Below, piece by piece: positions 28,249-37,770 of a stretch of 64,000 nt of DNA (its first letter is position 1; each line of letters opens with the position of its first letter). The DNA is from Planctomycetota bacterium. GTDB taxonomy: Bacteria > Planctomycetota > UBA1135 > GCA-002748355. The position numbers were made by a program, and so were the translations under genes. The stretch is from assembly GCA_011321845.1 (NCBI GenBank), contig DROQ01000132.1:1796-65795 (forward strand), given 5' to 3'. The notes under the pieces were generated by a model. It saw only the letters and a list, made by a program, of their open reading frames with translations, made no database searches and was not told the DNA's origin.

Positions 28249-29529
28249 ATGGCTATAATCCTTCCCCTTTTCCGAGAGGGACTTACGACGAAGAACATCA
28301 AAGCGAATCAAACCAAGGGTCGCCTGGGGCTCTGGCTCATCGGCGCACGGGGGGGCCTGGGGACGACGACCATGCTCGGGGCCCTGGCGATTTCCAAGGG
28401 TTACTCCCCGACGACCGGCCTCCTTACCGAAACCAAGCTCTTTGAGCCTCTCGCCCTCAGACCCTTCGAAGAGCTTGTCTTCGGGGGCTATGACATCCGG
28501 CGGATCCGCACCGAGGATGCCGTCCGGGAGACCTTCGAGGAAACGCAAGCCTGCCTTCCCCCCTGGCTCCCCAAACTCAGGGAAGAGTTTTCCCGAATCG
28601 ATCGCGAGGTGCGCCTCGGAACTCTTCGCAACTGCGGAGCCGCCATCAGGAACCTGGACCTGGAGCCGCGACTCCTCCGGGACAAGCGACGCCTTCCGGA
28701 ACTCGTCACCGCGCTCCAGAAGGACCTCCGCTCCTTTCGAAGGCGCAACAAACTGGACCGCGTGATCGTCGTGAACCTCGGCTCCACCGAACCACCGCTG
28801 GACCTGGACGACACGCACCGGAGCCCCCAGGCCCTGGAAGCTGCCATTCGTCGTAACGCCGTCCGCAAGATCCGCCCCTCCCTGCTCTACAGTTACGCGG
28901 CGGCCCTGGAGGGCTGCCCCTTTTTGCACTTTACGCCGAGCAACGCGACCCTCGTCCCCGCGATCCAGGAGCTGTTCCTCCAAAGGGGTCTCCCCTTCGC
29001 GGGCAAGGACGGGAAAACGGGCGAGACCCTCGTCAAGAGCGCCCTCGCTCCCATGTTCAAATACCGAAACCTCCGGGTCCTCTCCTGGCAAGGCTATAAC
29101 ATTCTTGGCGACAGGGACGGCCGGATCCTTCACAACAAGGAGAACCTCCGGTCCAAAGTCAAAACCAAAGACGCCGTCCTCTCCAGCATCCTCGGCTACC
29201 CTCTCCACACCCACGTCGGAATCGACTACGTTCCTTCCCTGGGAGACCGAAAAACAGCCTGGGACTTCATCCACTTCGAGGGTTTCCTGGGACAGAAGAT
29301 GCGGATGCAATTCACCTGGGAGGGGATCGACTCCATTCTGGCTGCGCCCCTGGTCTTGGACCTGTGCAGGCTGATCGATCACGCAGCTCGCAGGGGTGAG
29401 AAGGGGGCCCTCGCCTACCTGGCCTGCTTTTTCAAAGCTCCCCTCGGTGGCGGGACCGGGGACCTTCACGCCCAGTGGCATCGTTTGGAGCACTATGCTC
29501 GCGAAGCTTCCGGCTCAGTTCGGGGATGA
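28249..29529 (+). CDS. ino1: myo-inositol-1-phosphate (inositol-3-phosphate) synthase
   Basis: N-terminal Rossmann region LGLWLIGARGGLGTT. Core FTPSNATL...LPFAGKDGKTGETL...SWQGYNILGDRDG is typical of the family. Confidence 0.8.
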   Translation: MAIILPLFREGLTTKNIKANQTKGRLGLWLIGARGGLGTTTMLGALAISKGYSPTTGLLTETKLFEPLALRPFEELVFGGYDIRRIRTEDAVRETFEETQACLPPWLPKLREEFSRIDREVRLGTLRNCGAAIRNLDLEPRLLRDKRRLPELVTALQKDLRSFRRRNKLDRVIVVNLGSTEPPLDLDDTHRSPQALEAAIRRNAVRKIRPSLLYSYAAALEGCPFLHFTPSNATLVPAIQELFLQRGLPFAGKDGKTGETLVKSALAPMFKYRNLRVLSWQGYNILGDRDGRILHNKENLRSKVKTKDAVLSSILGYPLHTHVGIDYVPSLGDRKTAWDFIHFEGFLGQKMRMQFTWEGIDSILAAPLVLDLCRLIDHAARRGEKGALAYLACFFKAPLGGGTGDLHAQWHRLEHYAREASGSVRG

Positions 29530-30244
29530 GACCCGCCGCGGCGGGGACTCTCCTTAGCTTTTCCAGGAGTTTCCGCGCTTCCTCCCGCCGCCCTGTGCCG
29601 AGCTGCAGGGCGAAGAGGTCCAGCAGGCGCCCGGGTGCGGGGTCGCCACCTTCCAGCCAACGCTTGTGCAGGAGATAGGAGCGCTCGAGATCCGCGACCA
29701 GGACCACCCCCTTCTTCCCGCGCCTCTTCAGGGGAGGATGCCAGGAGGGGAGGGGGAGTTCGATCCCAGTCAATTCCTGGAGTCCCTCCAGACATTTCGT
29801 GAGGGAGGGGAGGACCTTGCCCCTCGCAACCACCTGGTGGAAGCGGGAACCGATTTGCACCCTGAGGAGCAGAGCCTCTCCCTTTCCTTCGTCGGAAACC
29901 TCCAGAACAGGGGGCAGGGAAAAGAAATCCACCTGGTCCAGGAGCCCCAGGAAACGGCGGACCTTGGTCGCGGAGAGGGGAGCGAGGTAGGCCGCGTCCC
30001 AGAGAGGAAGCCAGGTGTTTTTCCCTTGAGAGCTTCGAAAAAAGACTCGGTACCCCCCCTCCGGCCCCGGCTGAACCCAGACTTCGGCCCGTTTCCCCGG
30101 ACCTTCTTCGGGTCCCCAGACGTAGTAGACATGGAGATTTACCCGTTCGAAGGGCTCAGGAGCCTGCTGAGGGCGACCCAGAAAGCAGGAAGACCAAAGA
30201 AAAAGGAGTACAAAGCCCCAAAAACGGCAAAAGCGCCTCAGCAT
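29432..30244 (-). CDS. hypothetical secreted protein
   Basis: From ATG 30244: MLRRFCRFWGFVLLFLWSSCFLG (signal). No family recognised. The 3' end overlaps ino1 by 98 nt, convergent. Confidence 0.45.
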   Translation of the reverse strand: MLRRFCRFWGFVLLFLWSSCFLGRPQQAPEPFERVNLHVYYVWGPEEGPGKRAEVWVQPGPEGGYRVFFRSSQGKNTWLPLWDAAYLAPLSATKVRRFLGLLDQVDFFSLPPVLEVSDEGKGEALLLRVQIGSRFHQVVARGKVLPSLTKCLEGLQELTGIELPLPSWHPPLKRRGKKGVVLVADLERSYLLHKRWLEGGDPAPGRLLDLFALQLGTGRREEARKLLEKLRRVPAAAGLIPELSRKLREHSAPNDATGREGPRSRHRGEL

Positions 30245-30308
30245 GGGCGCAATCCCTCCTCCTCGACCCGGAAAAACCGTGGGAAGAGCGGGGTCTTTTG
30301 CTCGCCTT

Positions 30309-30336
30309 TTGGCAACTGTTCTCATTTTGGGATAAA
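30309..30336 (+). promoter_or_regulatory. possible sigma70-type promoter (TTGGCA-N16-GATAAA)
   Basis: Pattern only. It would give a near-leaderless transcript for the XRE gene (ATG 30347). Confidence 0.3.
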
Positions 30337-30346
30337 CTTCCGTCAA

Positions 30347-30850
30347 ATGCTCTATCCGATCCATGAAAAAATCCAACACCTGCTGAGGAAGCGAAAAATC
30401 CGCAAAAAGGATCTCGCCTCCCACTTGGGGATCGCCCCTCAAACCATGACCGATATTTGTCAAGGGCGGTCTTCGGTCACCTTGAAACACCTCCGGGGTC
30501 TCGTTTCCTTTTTTGGGATCCGGGCCGATTATTGGATCGACGATTTCAGGCTGGAACCGGAACCCCGAGATTACTTTAAGGTTCTTCCGGACGAAGATCT
30601 CCAACAAATGGAGGCCCTGGGAATCATCGGGTCCCCGAACTGGAAAAGCACACTCGCCAGGGTGCAATACTTTATCGGCATGAATCGCGAACTCTGGGAG
30701 AGCCATTTCGGAAAGGTCTCCGTCGAAGACTCAAGACTCCTCGGCCTCCCCCTGGTCGAGAAGGATCTCCTCTCTTCCGAAGACCTCCAGAAAAACCCCT
30801 TCCCCTTTTTGGAGGAGGACAGGGGCAACGCCGAAAACGCCGAGGGCTGA
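30347..30850 (+). CDS. XRE-family helix-turn-helix transcriptional regulator
   Basis: IRKKDLASHLGIAPQTMTDICQGRSSVTLKHLRGL is a Cro/C1-type HTH. The upstream part of the 394-aa track ORF is antisense to the neighbouring gene. Confidence 0.75.
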   Translation: MLYPIHEKIQHLLRKRKIRKKDLASHLGIAPQTMTDICQGRSSVTLKHLRGLVSFFGIRADYWIDDFRLEPEPRDYFKVLPDEDLQQMEALGIIGSPNWKSTLARVQYFIGMNRELWESHFGKVSVEDSRLLGLPLVEKDLLSSEDLQKNPFPFLEEDRGNAENAEG

Positions 30851-30903
30851 GAAGCTCTAAGGAATGGTGGCAATCTGGAATCGGGGACCATAGATTTGCC
30901 TCG

Positions 30904-32067
30904 ATGATGGCACGCACTCTTCTCCAACTCTCTACCGCAACGGCGACCGCCGGAGTGGCCCTCGTTCTCCTTCTGCCCCTCGGTTCTTGTGAGGGAACCC
31001 AGCATGGGGGAACAAGCTCCAGGAGTCATCCCACCAGCCACCCACAAGGGAACCACCCGGGAGGAGGCTACGGTAAAGCCTGGAAACCGGCACCTCTGAG
31101 AGACCCAAGGGAAAAACACTTCCGAAACATCCGCCAGTTGACCTTTGGGGGGGAAAACGCCGAAGCCTACTTCAACGAGGAAGGAACCAAGTTCACCTTC
31201 CAAAAACGAAAAGGCGGGACAGGCTTCGATTGCGACCAGATCTTCGAATTCGATCTCAAGACTGGCAAGACCCGCCTGGTCAGCACAGGGAAGGGGAGAT
31301 GCACCTGCGCGTATTACACCAAGGGTGGCAAGCGCATCCTTTTTTCGAGCACCCACCTCGCGGGCAGCGACTGCCCCCCGGAACCCGACCACTCCCAAGG
31401 ATATGTCTGGCCCCTTTACCCCAGCTATGACATCTTTTCGGTTGCCGTGGACAATCCCGGGGACCTGGTCCGCATCACCAGGAATCCCCGTTATGACGCC
31501 GAGGCCACAGTTTGCTACGCCACCGGCAAGGTGCTCTTCACCTCCCTCCGCAACGGGGACCTGGACCTCTATGTCATGAATCCCGATGGAAGCGGGCTCG
31601 AGAGGATCACCCACGAACTGGGCTACGACGGGGGAGGGTTTTTCTCCCCCAGCGGCAAATGGATCGTCTGGCGTGGGCACCACCCCAAAGAGACCAAGGA
31701 CAAGCGCGACTACCTTTCCCTCCTGGCGAAAAACCTGGTGCGTCCCACGCGCATGGACATTTTCGTCTCCGACTCCAAGGGAAGGAATGTCCGCCAGTTG
31801 ACCGACAACGGCAAAGCCAATTTCGCCCCGTATTTCCATCCGGACGAAAAGCGGATCATCTTTGCTTCCAACATCGAGTCCCCGCGGGAGTTCCACCTCT
31901 ATTCCATCGAGATCGCCACGAAAAAGATCGAGCGCATCACCTACAGCTCCAGATTCAACTCCTTTCCCATGTTCTCTCCCGACGGGAAGTACTTGATCTT
32001 TTCGAGCAACAGGAACAACGCGAAGCCGGGGGACACCAACCTCTTTCTGGCGGAGTGGAGAGACTAG
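30904..32067 (+). CDS. TolB-like WD40/PD40 beta-propeller lipoprotein
   Basis: Lipobox LLLPLGSC. Repeated PD40-like units (FSPSGKWIVW, FSPDGKYLIFSSNR, LYVMNPDGSGLERIT). Confidence 0.8.
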   Translation: MMARTLLQLSTATATAGVALVLLLPLGSCEGTQHGGTSSRSHPTSHPQGNHPGGGYGKAWKPAPLRDPREKHFRNIRQLTFGGENAEAYFNEEGTKFTFQKRKGGTGFDCDQIFEFDLKTGKTRLVSTGKGRCTCAYYTKGGKRILFSSTHLAGSDCPPEPDHSQGYVWPLYPSYDIFSVAVDNPGDLVRITRNPRYDAEATVCYATGKVLFTSLRNGDLDLYVMNPDGSGLERITHELGYDGGGFFSPSGKWIVWRGHHPKETKDKRDYLSLLAKNLVRPTRMDIFVSDSKGRNVRQLTDNGKANFAPYFHPDEKRIIFASNIESPREFHLYSIEIATKKIERITYSSRFNSFPMFSPDGKYLIFSSNRNNAKPGDTNLFLAEWRD

Positions 32068-34358
32068 TCGGCCTTGGCTCTGTCGGCCTTGGTTCCAATG
32101 TGTTTTTGGACCAGCTCGAGGAGTCGTAAGGAACCGATGGGCTTGGTCTCGTAGTCGTCGCAGCCCACCTCGAGACACCTCTCCCTGTCCCCCTCCATGG
32201 AGTGGGCGGTGAGGGCGACAATCACCCCCTTGTAGCCCTCTTCTCGGAGCTTTCGTGTCGCCTCGTACCCGTCCATTTCGGGCATCTGGATGTCCATCAG
32301 GACAAGGTCGAAGGGCCGCTTCTGCTCGAAGGCTTCATGGATCTTGTCCATGCCGATGCGGCCGTTGTTGGCTGTGGCCACCTGGATCCCGCACTTCCGG
32401 AGGAAGAAGGTAAAGAGCCTCTGGTTGTCCATGCAGTCGTCCACAATGAGAATACGCCCCTTCATGGAAGGCTTGGCCACCCTCTTGCGTTTGGGCGAGG
32501 GCTTGGGCGTTTCCTCGACAGGGGCCCGATTCTTCGGCTTCGGGTCAGCCGCTCTACCTTCCGCGGGAGCCGGAGCGGGATGAGAGGCCACCGAGGAGAG
32601 GTTCTCCCCATGGGGCAGATCCAGGACAAAGCAAGAACCGATCCCGTCCTCCCCAGGACCTCCATAGGAAACCCTCCCCCCCAGCATTTCGGCCAAACCC
32701 TGGGCAAGGCTCAGCCCCACCCCATTGCCGCCATATTCCCTCCGGAGATGATGCTCCGCCTGGAAGAAGGGCAGGAAGATCTTGGCCCGGGCTTCGGGGG
32801 GAACCCCGCAACCCGTGTCGAGGACTTCCAAGCGAAGCCCATAATCCTCCCCTTCGAAGGGAAGGACCCGGACCTGGATCCCGCCGTTCTCCGTAAACTT
32901 GTACGCGTTCTCCAGGAGGCAAACCAGGATCTGCCGGATCCGGTGATAATCCGAGCGCAGCTCGAGTTTGGGGTCCAACAAGTTTTCCACCCGAAAGGCG
33001 AGTCCCTTGCTCAGGAACTTCTTTTCGAAAACCTCCCGGAGATCCTCCAAGAGCCTTTGGAGGGGGAACCTGGTCTCTGCGATTCGGGTTTTTCCCGAAG
33101 CCAGGCGAGCGAAATCCATCAGCCCCTGGAAGACCTTTTCGAGGCCCATGCCCGCTTCCTGGAGCTTCTCCAGGGATTTCCGAGCGCTCGGAGGAAGGTC
33201 TTCCTCGCCCAGGATCTCCAATTCCCCCAAGAGGTGGTTGAGGGGGGTCCTTACCTCGTGGCAAAGATTGGAAAAGAAGGCGGCCTTCGCCCGGTCCGCT
33301 TCCAGGGCCTTTTCCTTCTCCTCCTCCAGGACGGCCTGGGCCCTGCAGAGTTCCTCCACCTGAGCCCGCGCCTGTTCCTTCATGATCTCATAGTCTTCAA
33401 AGGCCAGGAGGATGGGTCCGAAATCCCGGAAATGCATCAGGTAGCCGCTACGTGTCCAGGATCCTCCAGCATCCCGGGTCGCCTGGGGAAAGGCTTGGAT
33501 CCTCCAATGGTTGGTGGATCCACATGGAAAGCTGGGAGGGAAAATGGAGGGGTGGAGGAAGGGAGTGAAAATGGCGGGGACTCCAAGCCGGGCGGACCGC
33601 TCCAAGGTTTCCCTCACTTCGCTCCGGTGGAGCCAGTGGAACCAGTTCTCCGTAGCCTCCTCCACCGCTTCCTCCTGGCCGAGTCCCGTCCACTCTTTGA
33701 GTTTGGGGTTCCAAGCTGTGATCCGAAGATCCTTGGAAAGACCCAGCCAACCATCCTCCGAATACCGGAAGCTGGTCTTTTCTTGCCCCCCCCAATTCCG
33801 AGGGTAGTAGAGAAACTCCGCTTCCTCTCTCCCCCCCATGGCAATGGAGAGAAGGACAGGGATCTTCTGCTCCCCAAAATCCTTGACGGCCGAAGCCTGG
33901 ATCCCCACCCCGAGGTCCACCGAAGGAGAGCGTGGCCCCAACTCGACAGGCTGAAAGGCCCCGAACTCGGCGGACTGGAGGTCCAAGGAACCACAATGCT
34001 CCAGGAGCTTGGAGAGTAGAAAATTGCTCAGCTCCAAGAGTCCAAGAGATTCGAGGGGGCTGAAGACAGGAGAATCTTTGGGGCAATCCAGTTCGATCCT
34101 GAGAAAATCCAAAACTTTGGATTGGTCAAAGAGGAGGGAGATCCGCCCTTCGCCCGCCTCGGTTCGGAAGGGGAGTCGATACCCCTTCCACAGAGGCCCT
34201 CCCTGGGAAGGAAGGCGGCCAAGGGGTTCTACATGAAAGGGGGATGTCGAACGACTCCACTTTCCTCCCAGCAGGTCTCCAATTTCTCGAAGCCCCACTG
34301 AGAATCCAGAGTCAAGGGTCTTTCCATCCACTTCTAAGAGATCAAAGCACTTCGTCAT
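32064..34358 (-). CDS. hybrid sensor histidine kinase / response regulator
   Basis: H-box FFSNLCHEVRTPLN, HATPase N/G boxes, and a C-terminal receiver ILIVDDCMDN...DLVLMDIQMPEMDG. ATG 34358 is preceded by GAGGTG. Confidence 0.85.
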   Translation of the reverse strand: MTKCFDLLEVDGKTLDSGFSVGLREIGDLLGGKWSRSTSPFHVEPLGRLPSQGGPLWKGYRLPFRTEAGEGRISLLFDQSKVLDFLRIELDCPKDSPVFSPLESLGLLELSNFLLSKLLEHCGSLDLQSAEFGAFQPVELGPRSPSVDLGVGIQASAVKDFGEQKIPVLLSIAMGGREEAEFLYYPRNWGGQEKTSFRYSEDGWLGLSKDLRITAWNPKLKEWTGLGQEEAVEEATENWFHWLHRSEVRETLERSARLGVPAIFTPFLHPSIFPPSFPCGSTNHWRIQAFPQATRDAGGSWTRSGYLMHFRDFGPILLAFEDYEIMKEQARAQVEELCRAQAVLEEEKEKALEADRAKAAFFSNLCHEVRTPLNHLLGELEILGEEDLPPSARKSLEKLQEAGMGLEKVFQGLMDFARLASGKTRIAETRFPLQRLLEDLREVFEKKFLSKGLAFRVENLLDPKLELRSDYHRIRQILVCLLENAYKFTENGGIQVRVLPFEGEDYGLRLEVLDTGCGVPPEARAKIFLPFFQAEHHLRREYGGNGVGLSLAQGLAEMLGGRVSYGGPGEDGIGSCFVLDLPHGENLSSVASHPAPAPAEGRAADPKPKNRAPVEETPKPSPKRKRVAKPSMKGRILIVDDCMDNQRLFTFFLRKCGIQVATANNGRIGMDKIHEAFEQKRPFDLVLMDIQMPEMDGYEATRKLREEGYKGVIVALTAHSMEGDRERCLEVGCDDYETKPIGSLRLLELVQKHIGTKADRAKAD

Positions 34359-34493
34359 GGGTCGCACCTCTTTCCCTTTGCTTCGGCCAGGAGTGGAAGG
34401 AGCCTTGAGAGAAGGGAAAAAGATTACAAAAGGTGGACCTTCCGGCGGCAGGGAAGGCTGGAAGGCAGCAAGGGAAGGGGCGACCCCCAGCCT

Positions 34494-35294
34494 CTACCAC
34501 ATTGCGGAGCCACCCGAGAGGTTGATCGCCTGCCCCGTCATCCCCCCGGCCTCCTCGGAGGCGAGCCAGGCGAGGAGGCCGGCGACCTCCTCGGGCTCCA
34601 GGATGCGGCCGAGGGGTACTTGGGCAAGAGCCTGCGCCCTGGCAGTCTGATAATCTTCACCCGTCGCCTCGGCGATCCCCTCCATTCCCTCACGAGCCAT
34701 GGAGGTCTCGACCCAACCGGGACAGACTGCGTTCACGGTGATCCCTCTGCCTGCACATTCCAGGGCAAGGGCCTTGGTAAAGCCGATGACTCCGTGCTTG
34801 CTCGCACAGTACGCCGTGTAGCCGGGGACACCAAACTTCCCCAGAACCGAGGAGACATTGAGGATGCGCCCTCCCGCTCCCATCGGCTCCCCCGGAGAAC
34901 CCCTGAGAACCGCCCGGGAAAGCAGGAACACCCCGTCCAGGTTGACAGCGATGATCTCCGACCAGCGATCCTCCCCTTCTTCGGAGCAGGCGTTGGGCCC
35001 CCCGATTCCTGCGTTGTTGACAAGAATATCGATCCCGCCCAGCTCATGGGAAACGCCTGCCATTCCCTCTTGGACGGAATCGGGAGAGGCCACGTCCATC
35101 GTCTGGACAAAGATGCGGCCCGAGCCCAGAGAAGCGGTCTCCTCGAGGGTTGCCCTCCTTCGGCCACAGATCGCGACCCTCGCCCCTTCTTCTTCGAACC
35201 GCAGGGCAGTGGCGCGGCCGATCCCGGATCCCCCGCCGGAGACCAGGACCCGCTTTCCTTCGAAACGACGCATCGGCTGGAACTGGGGCCTCAT
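34494..35294 (-). CDS. SDR family oxidoreductase (FabG-like)
   Basis: VLVSGGGSGIG, NNAG and YCASKHG motifs. Confidence 0.85.
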   Translation of the reverse strand: MRPQFQPMRRFEGKRVLVSGGGSGIGRATALRFEEEGARVAICGRRRATLEETASLGSGRIFVQTMDVASPDSVQEGMAGVSHELGGIDILVNNAGIGGPNACSEEGEDRWSEIIAVNLDGVFLLSRAVLRGSPGEPMGAGGRILNVSSVLGKFGVPGYTAYCASKHGVIGFTKALALECAGRGITVNAVCPGWVETSMAREGMEGIAEATGEDYQTARAQALAQVPLGRILEPEEVAGLLAWLASEEAGGMTGQAINLSGGSAMW

Positions 35295-35299
35295 CCGAC

Positions 35300-37105
35300 C
35301 TATCTCCTCCCCACGGTCAGTGGGAGGGGAACCCTCTTTCCTTTGCGAAGGACCACAAGGACCAGCTTCTGCCCTGGCCGAAGGTCCTGGAGCGCGTAAG
35401 AGAAGTCATAGATATTGTCGATGTCCTTGTCCCCCAGTTTGACGAGGATGTCCCCCTTTTGGATACCGGCTTTTTCGGCGGGGCTTCCGGGGGTAGCGCC
35501 GGTCAGCTTGACACCGCCCTTTCCTTCGGCGTAGTCGGGGATCGTCCCGAGGTAGGGACGGGCTCCGCTGGTTCGGGCTTTTTTGGGGGGAGCCTTGGTC
35601 ACAGGCTTCTTGAATGGGATCGCCCCCTCGTGGCGGCTCAGGAAAACCATGAGGTCTGCCACCGTCCCAGCGATCCAGGACATGGGCTCCGCGGTGATCT
35701 TGTTCCAGTCGTCGCTCGGACGATGGTAGTCCCCGTGGGTTCCGGTAAAGAAATGGACAGCTGGGATTCCGACCTGGTGAAAGCTCTGGTGATCGCTTCC
35801 GCCGAAGCTGGAGTCGTTGAGGCGGACCGAAGCGCCTCCCTTGGCCCGTTCCTGGAAAAACAGTGGAAAGGCGGGAGAGGTCCCCGCCCCGATCACCGCG
35901 CAGTAGCCTTCATGGCTGCGCCCCACCATGTCCAGGTTGACCATGGCGACCATGGATTTGAGGGGGAGAGGCGGGTTCTCGACGAAAGCCTTGCTACCAA
36001 GGAGACCTTTTTCCTCTCCCGAGAAGGCGACGAGCAGAACGGAGCGGCGAAGATCCTGTGGATGTTTGGCAAGCCACTTCCCCACCTCGATCAGCATCGA
36101 GACACCCGAAGCATTGTCGTCGGCTCCGTTGTGGATCTGACCGAGCCCCCCTCCACGGGCGAGACTGCTGGGACCTCCAAGCCCCAGGTGATCGAAGTGT
36201 GCCCCCAGGACCACGTATTCCTGGGCAAGCTTGGGATCCTTTCCGGGGATCACTCCCACAACATTCCGCGCCTTTTTCCGAACCGAGACCAGTTCGAGTT
36301 CGAGTTCGGCGCTCCCCCGGAGGGACTGGGACTCCTCGCCCCCCTCGAAGTCGGCGGCCTCGGGCCAGACCCTGGATGCCGAGGACCGAAGGACCTGAAA
36401 ACCAGGAAGACCGGAGGAATCCGAGGAAGGAGGGAAGGCCTTGAGCTTGTCCACAATCAAAAGAACTCCCGAAGCCCCCTTGGACTTGGCGGTATAGATC
36501 TTCCGGCTGAGTGGGGCCCGAAGAAGAACGCCCCCCACCTCGGGGCTCCCCTCGAGAAGGACCGCGATCTTCCCCTTGAGGTCCTTGCCTTTGTAGTCGT
36601 CGTAGGAGAGTCCCCCATGGCTTTCGGGGAGGGAAACCCCGTAACCGCAGAAAACGGCTTCTCCTTCAAGGGAGCCGGAGCCCGTATGGGGGAGGGCTCC
36701 AAAATCTTTGCCAAAGACCAAGACCTCCTCGGTCTTTCCTTGCAGTTTCAGCCGCGGCTTTCCCTGAACCGCCCAAACCGAGGGGAGAAAGAAATCATGA
36801 AACCAGGAGGCACCTCCCACGGGCTTGAGACCCCCCTTCTGAAACTGGAGGGCGATGTACTCCGCAGCGAGTTTTGAAAAGGGAGTTCCGGCTTCACGAC
36901 CAAAGAGGCCATCCGCGGCGAGCACCTGGATATGGCCCAAAAACGCTTGAGAAGGGAACCTCGGGTCCAGCTGGGACTTTGCTTCCCGAGAAGGCTGGGA
37001 AGCGGGACGACTCGAAGCGGGACGACTCTGGGAGAAGCCCGTCCCCCCAAGCAGGGAAGCCGAGAGGATGAGGGGGAGAAGAACATTCTGGGACATCGAT
37101 TTCAC
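35300..37105 (-). CDS. M28 family metallopeptidase with PA and C-terminal PDZ domains, secreted
   Basis: NVVGVIPG, GAHFDHLG, GADDNASG and FSGEEKGLLGS. PDZ region GVKLTGATPGSPAEKAGIQKGDILVKLG. GTGA overlap with elbB (alternative ATG 37096). Confidence 0.85.
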   Translation of the reverse strand: MKSMSQNVLLPLILSASLLGGTGFSQSRPASSRPASQPSREAKSQLDPRFPSQAFLGHIQVLAADGLFGREAGTPFSKLAAEYIALQFQKGGLKPVGGASWFHDFFLPSVWAVQGKPRLKLQGKTEEVLVFGKDFGALPHTGSGSLEGEAVFCGYGVSLPESHGGLSYDDYKGKDLKGKIAVLLEGSPEVGGVLLRAPLSRKIYTAKSKGASGVLLIVDKLKAFPPSSDSSGLPGFQVLRSSASRVWPEAADFEGGEESQSLRGSAELELELVSVRKKARNVVGVIPGKDPKLAQEYVVLGAHFDHLGLGGPSSLARGGGLGQIHNGADDNASGVSMLIEVGKWLAKHPQDLRRSVLLVAFSGEEKGLLGSKAFVENPPLPLKSMVAMVNLDMVGRSHEGYCAVIGAGTSPAFPLFFQERAKGGASVRLNDSSFGGSDHQSFHQVGIPAVHFFTGTHGDYHRPSDDWNKITAEPMSWIAGTVADLMVFLSRHEGAIPFKKPVTKAPPKKARTSGARPYLGTIPDYAEGKGGVKLTGATPGSPAEKAGIQKGDILVKLGDKDIDNIYDFSYALQDLRPGQKLVLVVLRKGKRVPLPLTVGRR

Positions 37106-37770
37106 CCTTGAGTTAAGGCTAGGACTTGGTCGACGAGCTTGCCGATTCCTACAGCAACCTCGCTAATTCTGGCGTCATACATGTAAGCGGGCGTGGAAAC
37201 GATCCGATTCTCGGAATCCAGGGCGATTTCTTCGACTCCCCGGACCATGTGCCGCCCTCCAAGGGCCTCGATGGCCTGGGCGGTGGAGGGATCCTCTCCA
37301 ATGGTGAGGAGGGGTGCGACCTCCGTTCCCCGGAAGGCCATCGCTACCAGGACGGGCGAGATGCAGATGGCGCCAATGGGTTTTGCAGCCGAATGGAGTT
37401 CCCGCAGAATCTGTTGGAGTTCGGGGAGAACCTCCCCCTCCACCCCCTTCTCGGCGAAACCGCAGAGGTTCTTGGCCACCCCATATCCACCGGGAAGGAT
37501 CAGCCCATCCAACTCTTGGGTCCTGAGAGCGGAGAGGGGTTCGATGACCCCCCTCGCGATTCTCGCCCCTTCGGAGAGGACATTTCGGCTCTCCCCCGGG
37601 ACCGCCTGACCCGTCCTGTGATCCACCACATCCTTCTGAGGCTTGTCAGGAGCGAAAACATGAGTCTCGACTCCATGGCGGTCGAGATGGTACAAGGAAA
37701 GGGTCGCTTCGTGGATCTCACTACCATCCAAGAAACCGCAACCAGAAAGGCAGACTCCGATTTTGACCAT
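37102..37770 (-). CDS. elbB: isoprenoid biosynthesis glyoxalase ElbB (DJ-1/PfpI superfamily)
   Basis: MVKIGVCLSGCGFLDGSEIHE...PIGAICISP is typical of ElbB. ATG 37770 is preceded by GGAGG. Confidence 0.85.
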   Translation of the reverse strand: MVKIGVCLSGCGFLDGSEIHEATLSLYHLDRHGVETHVFAPDKPQKDVVDHRTGQAVPGESRNVLSEGARIARGVIEPLSALRTQELDGLILPGGYGVAKNLCGFAEKGVEGEVLPELQQILRELHSAAKPIGAICISPVLVAMAFRGTEVAPLLTIGEDPSTAQAIEALGGRHMVRGVEEIALDSENRIVSTPAYMYDARISEVAVGIGKLVDQVLALTQG

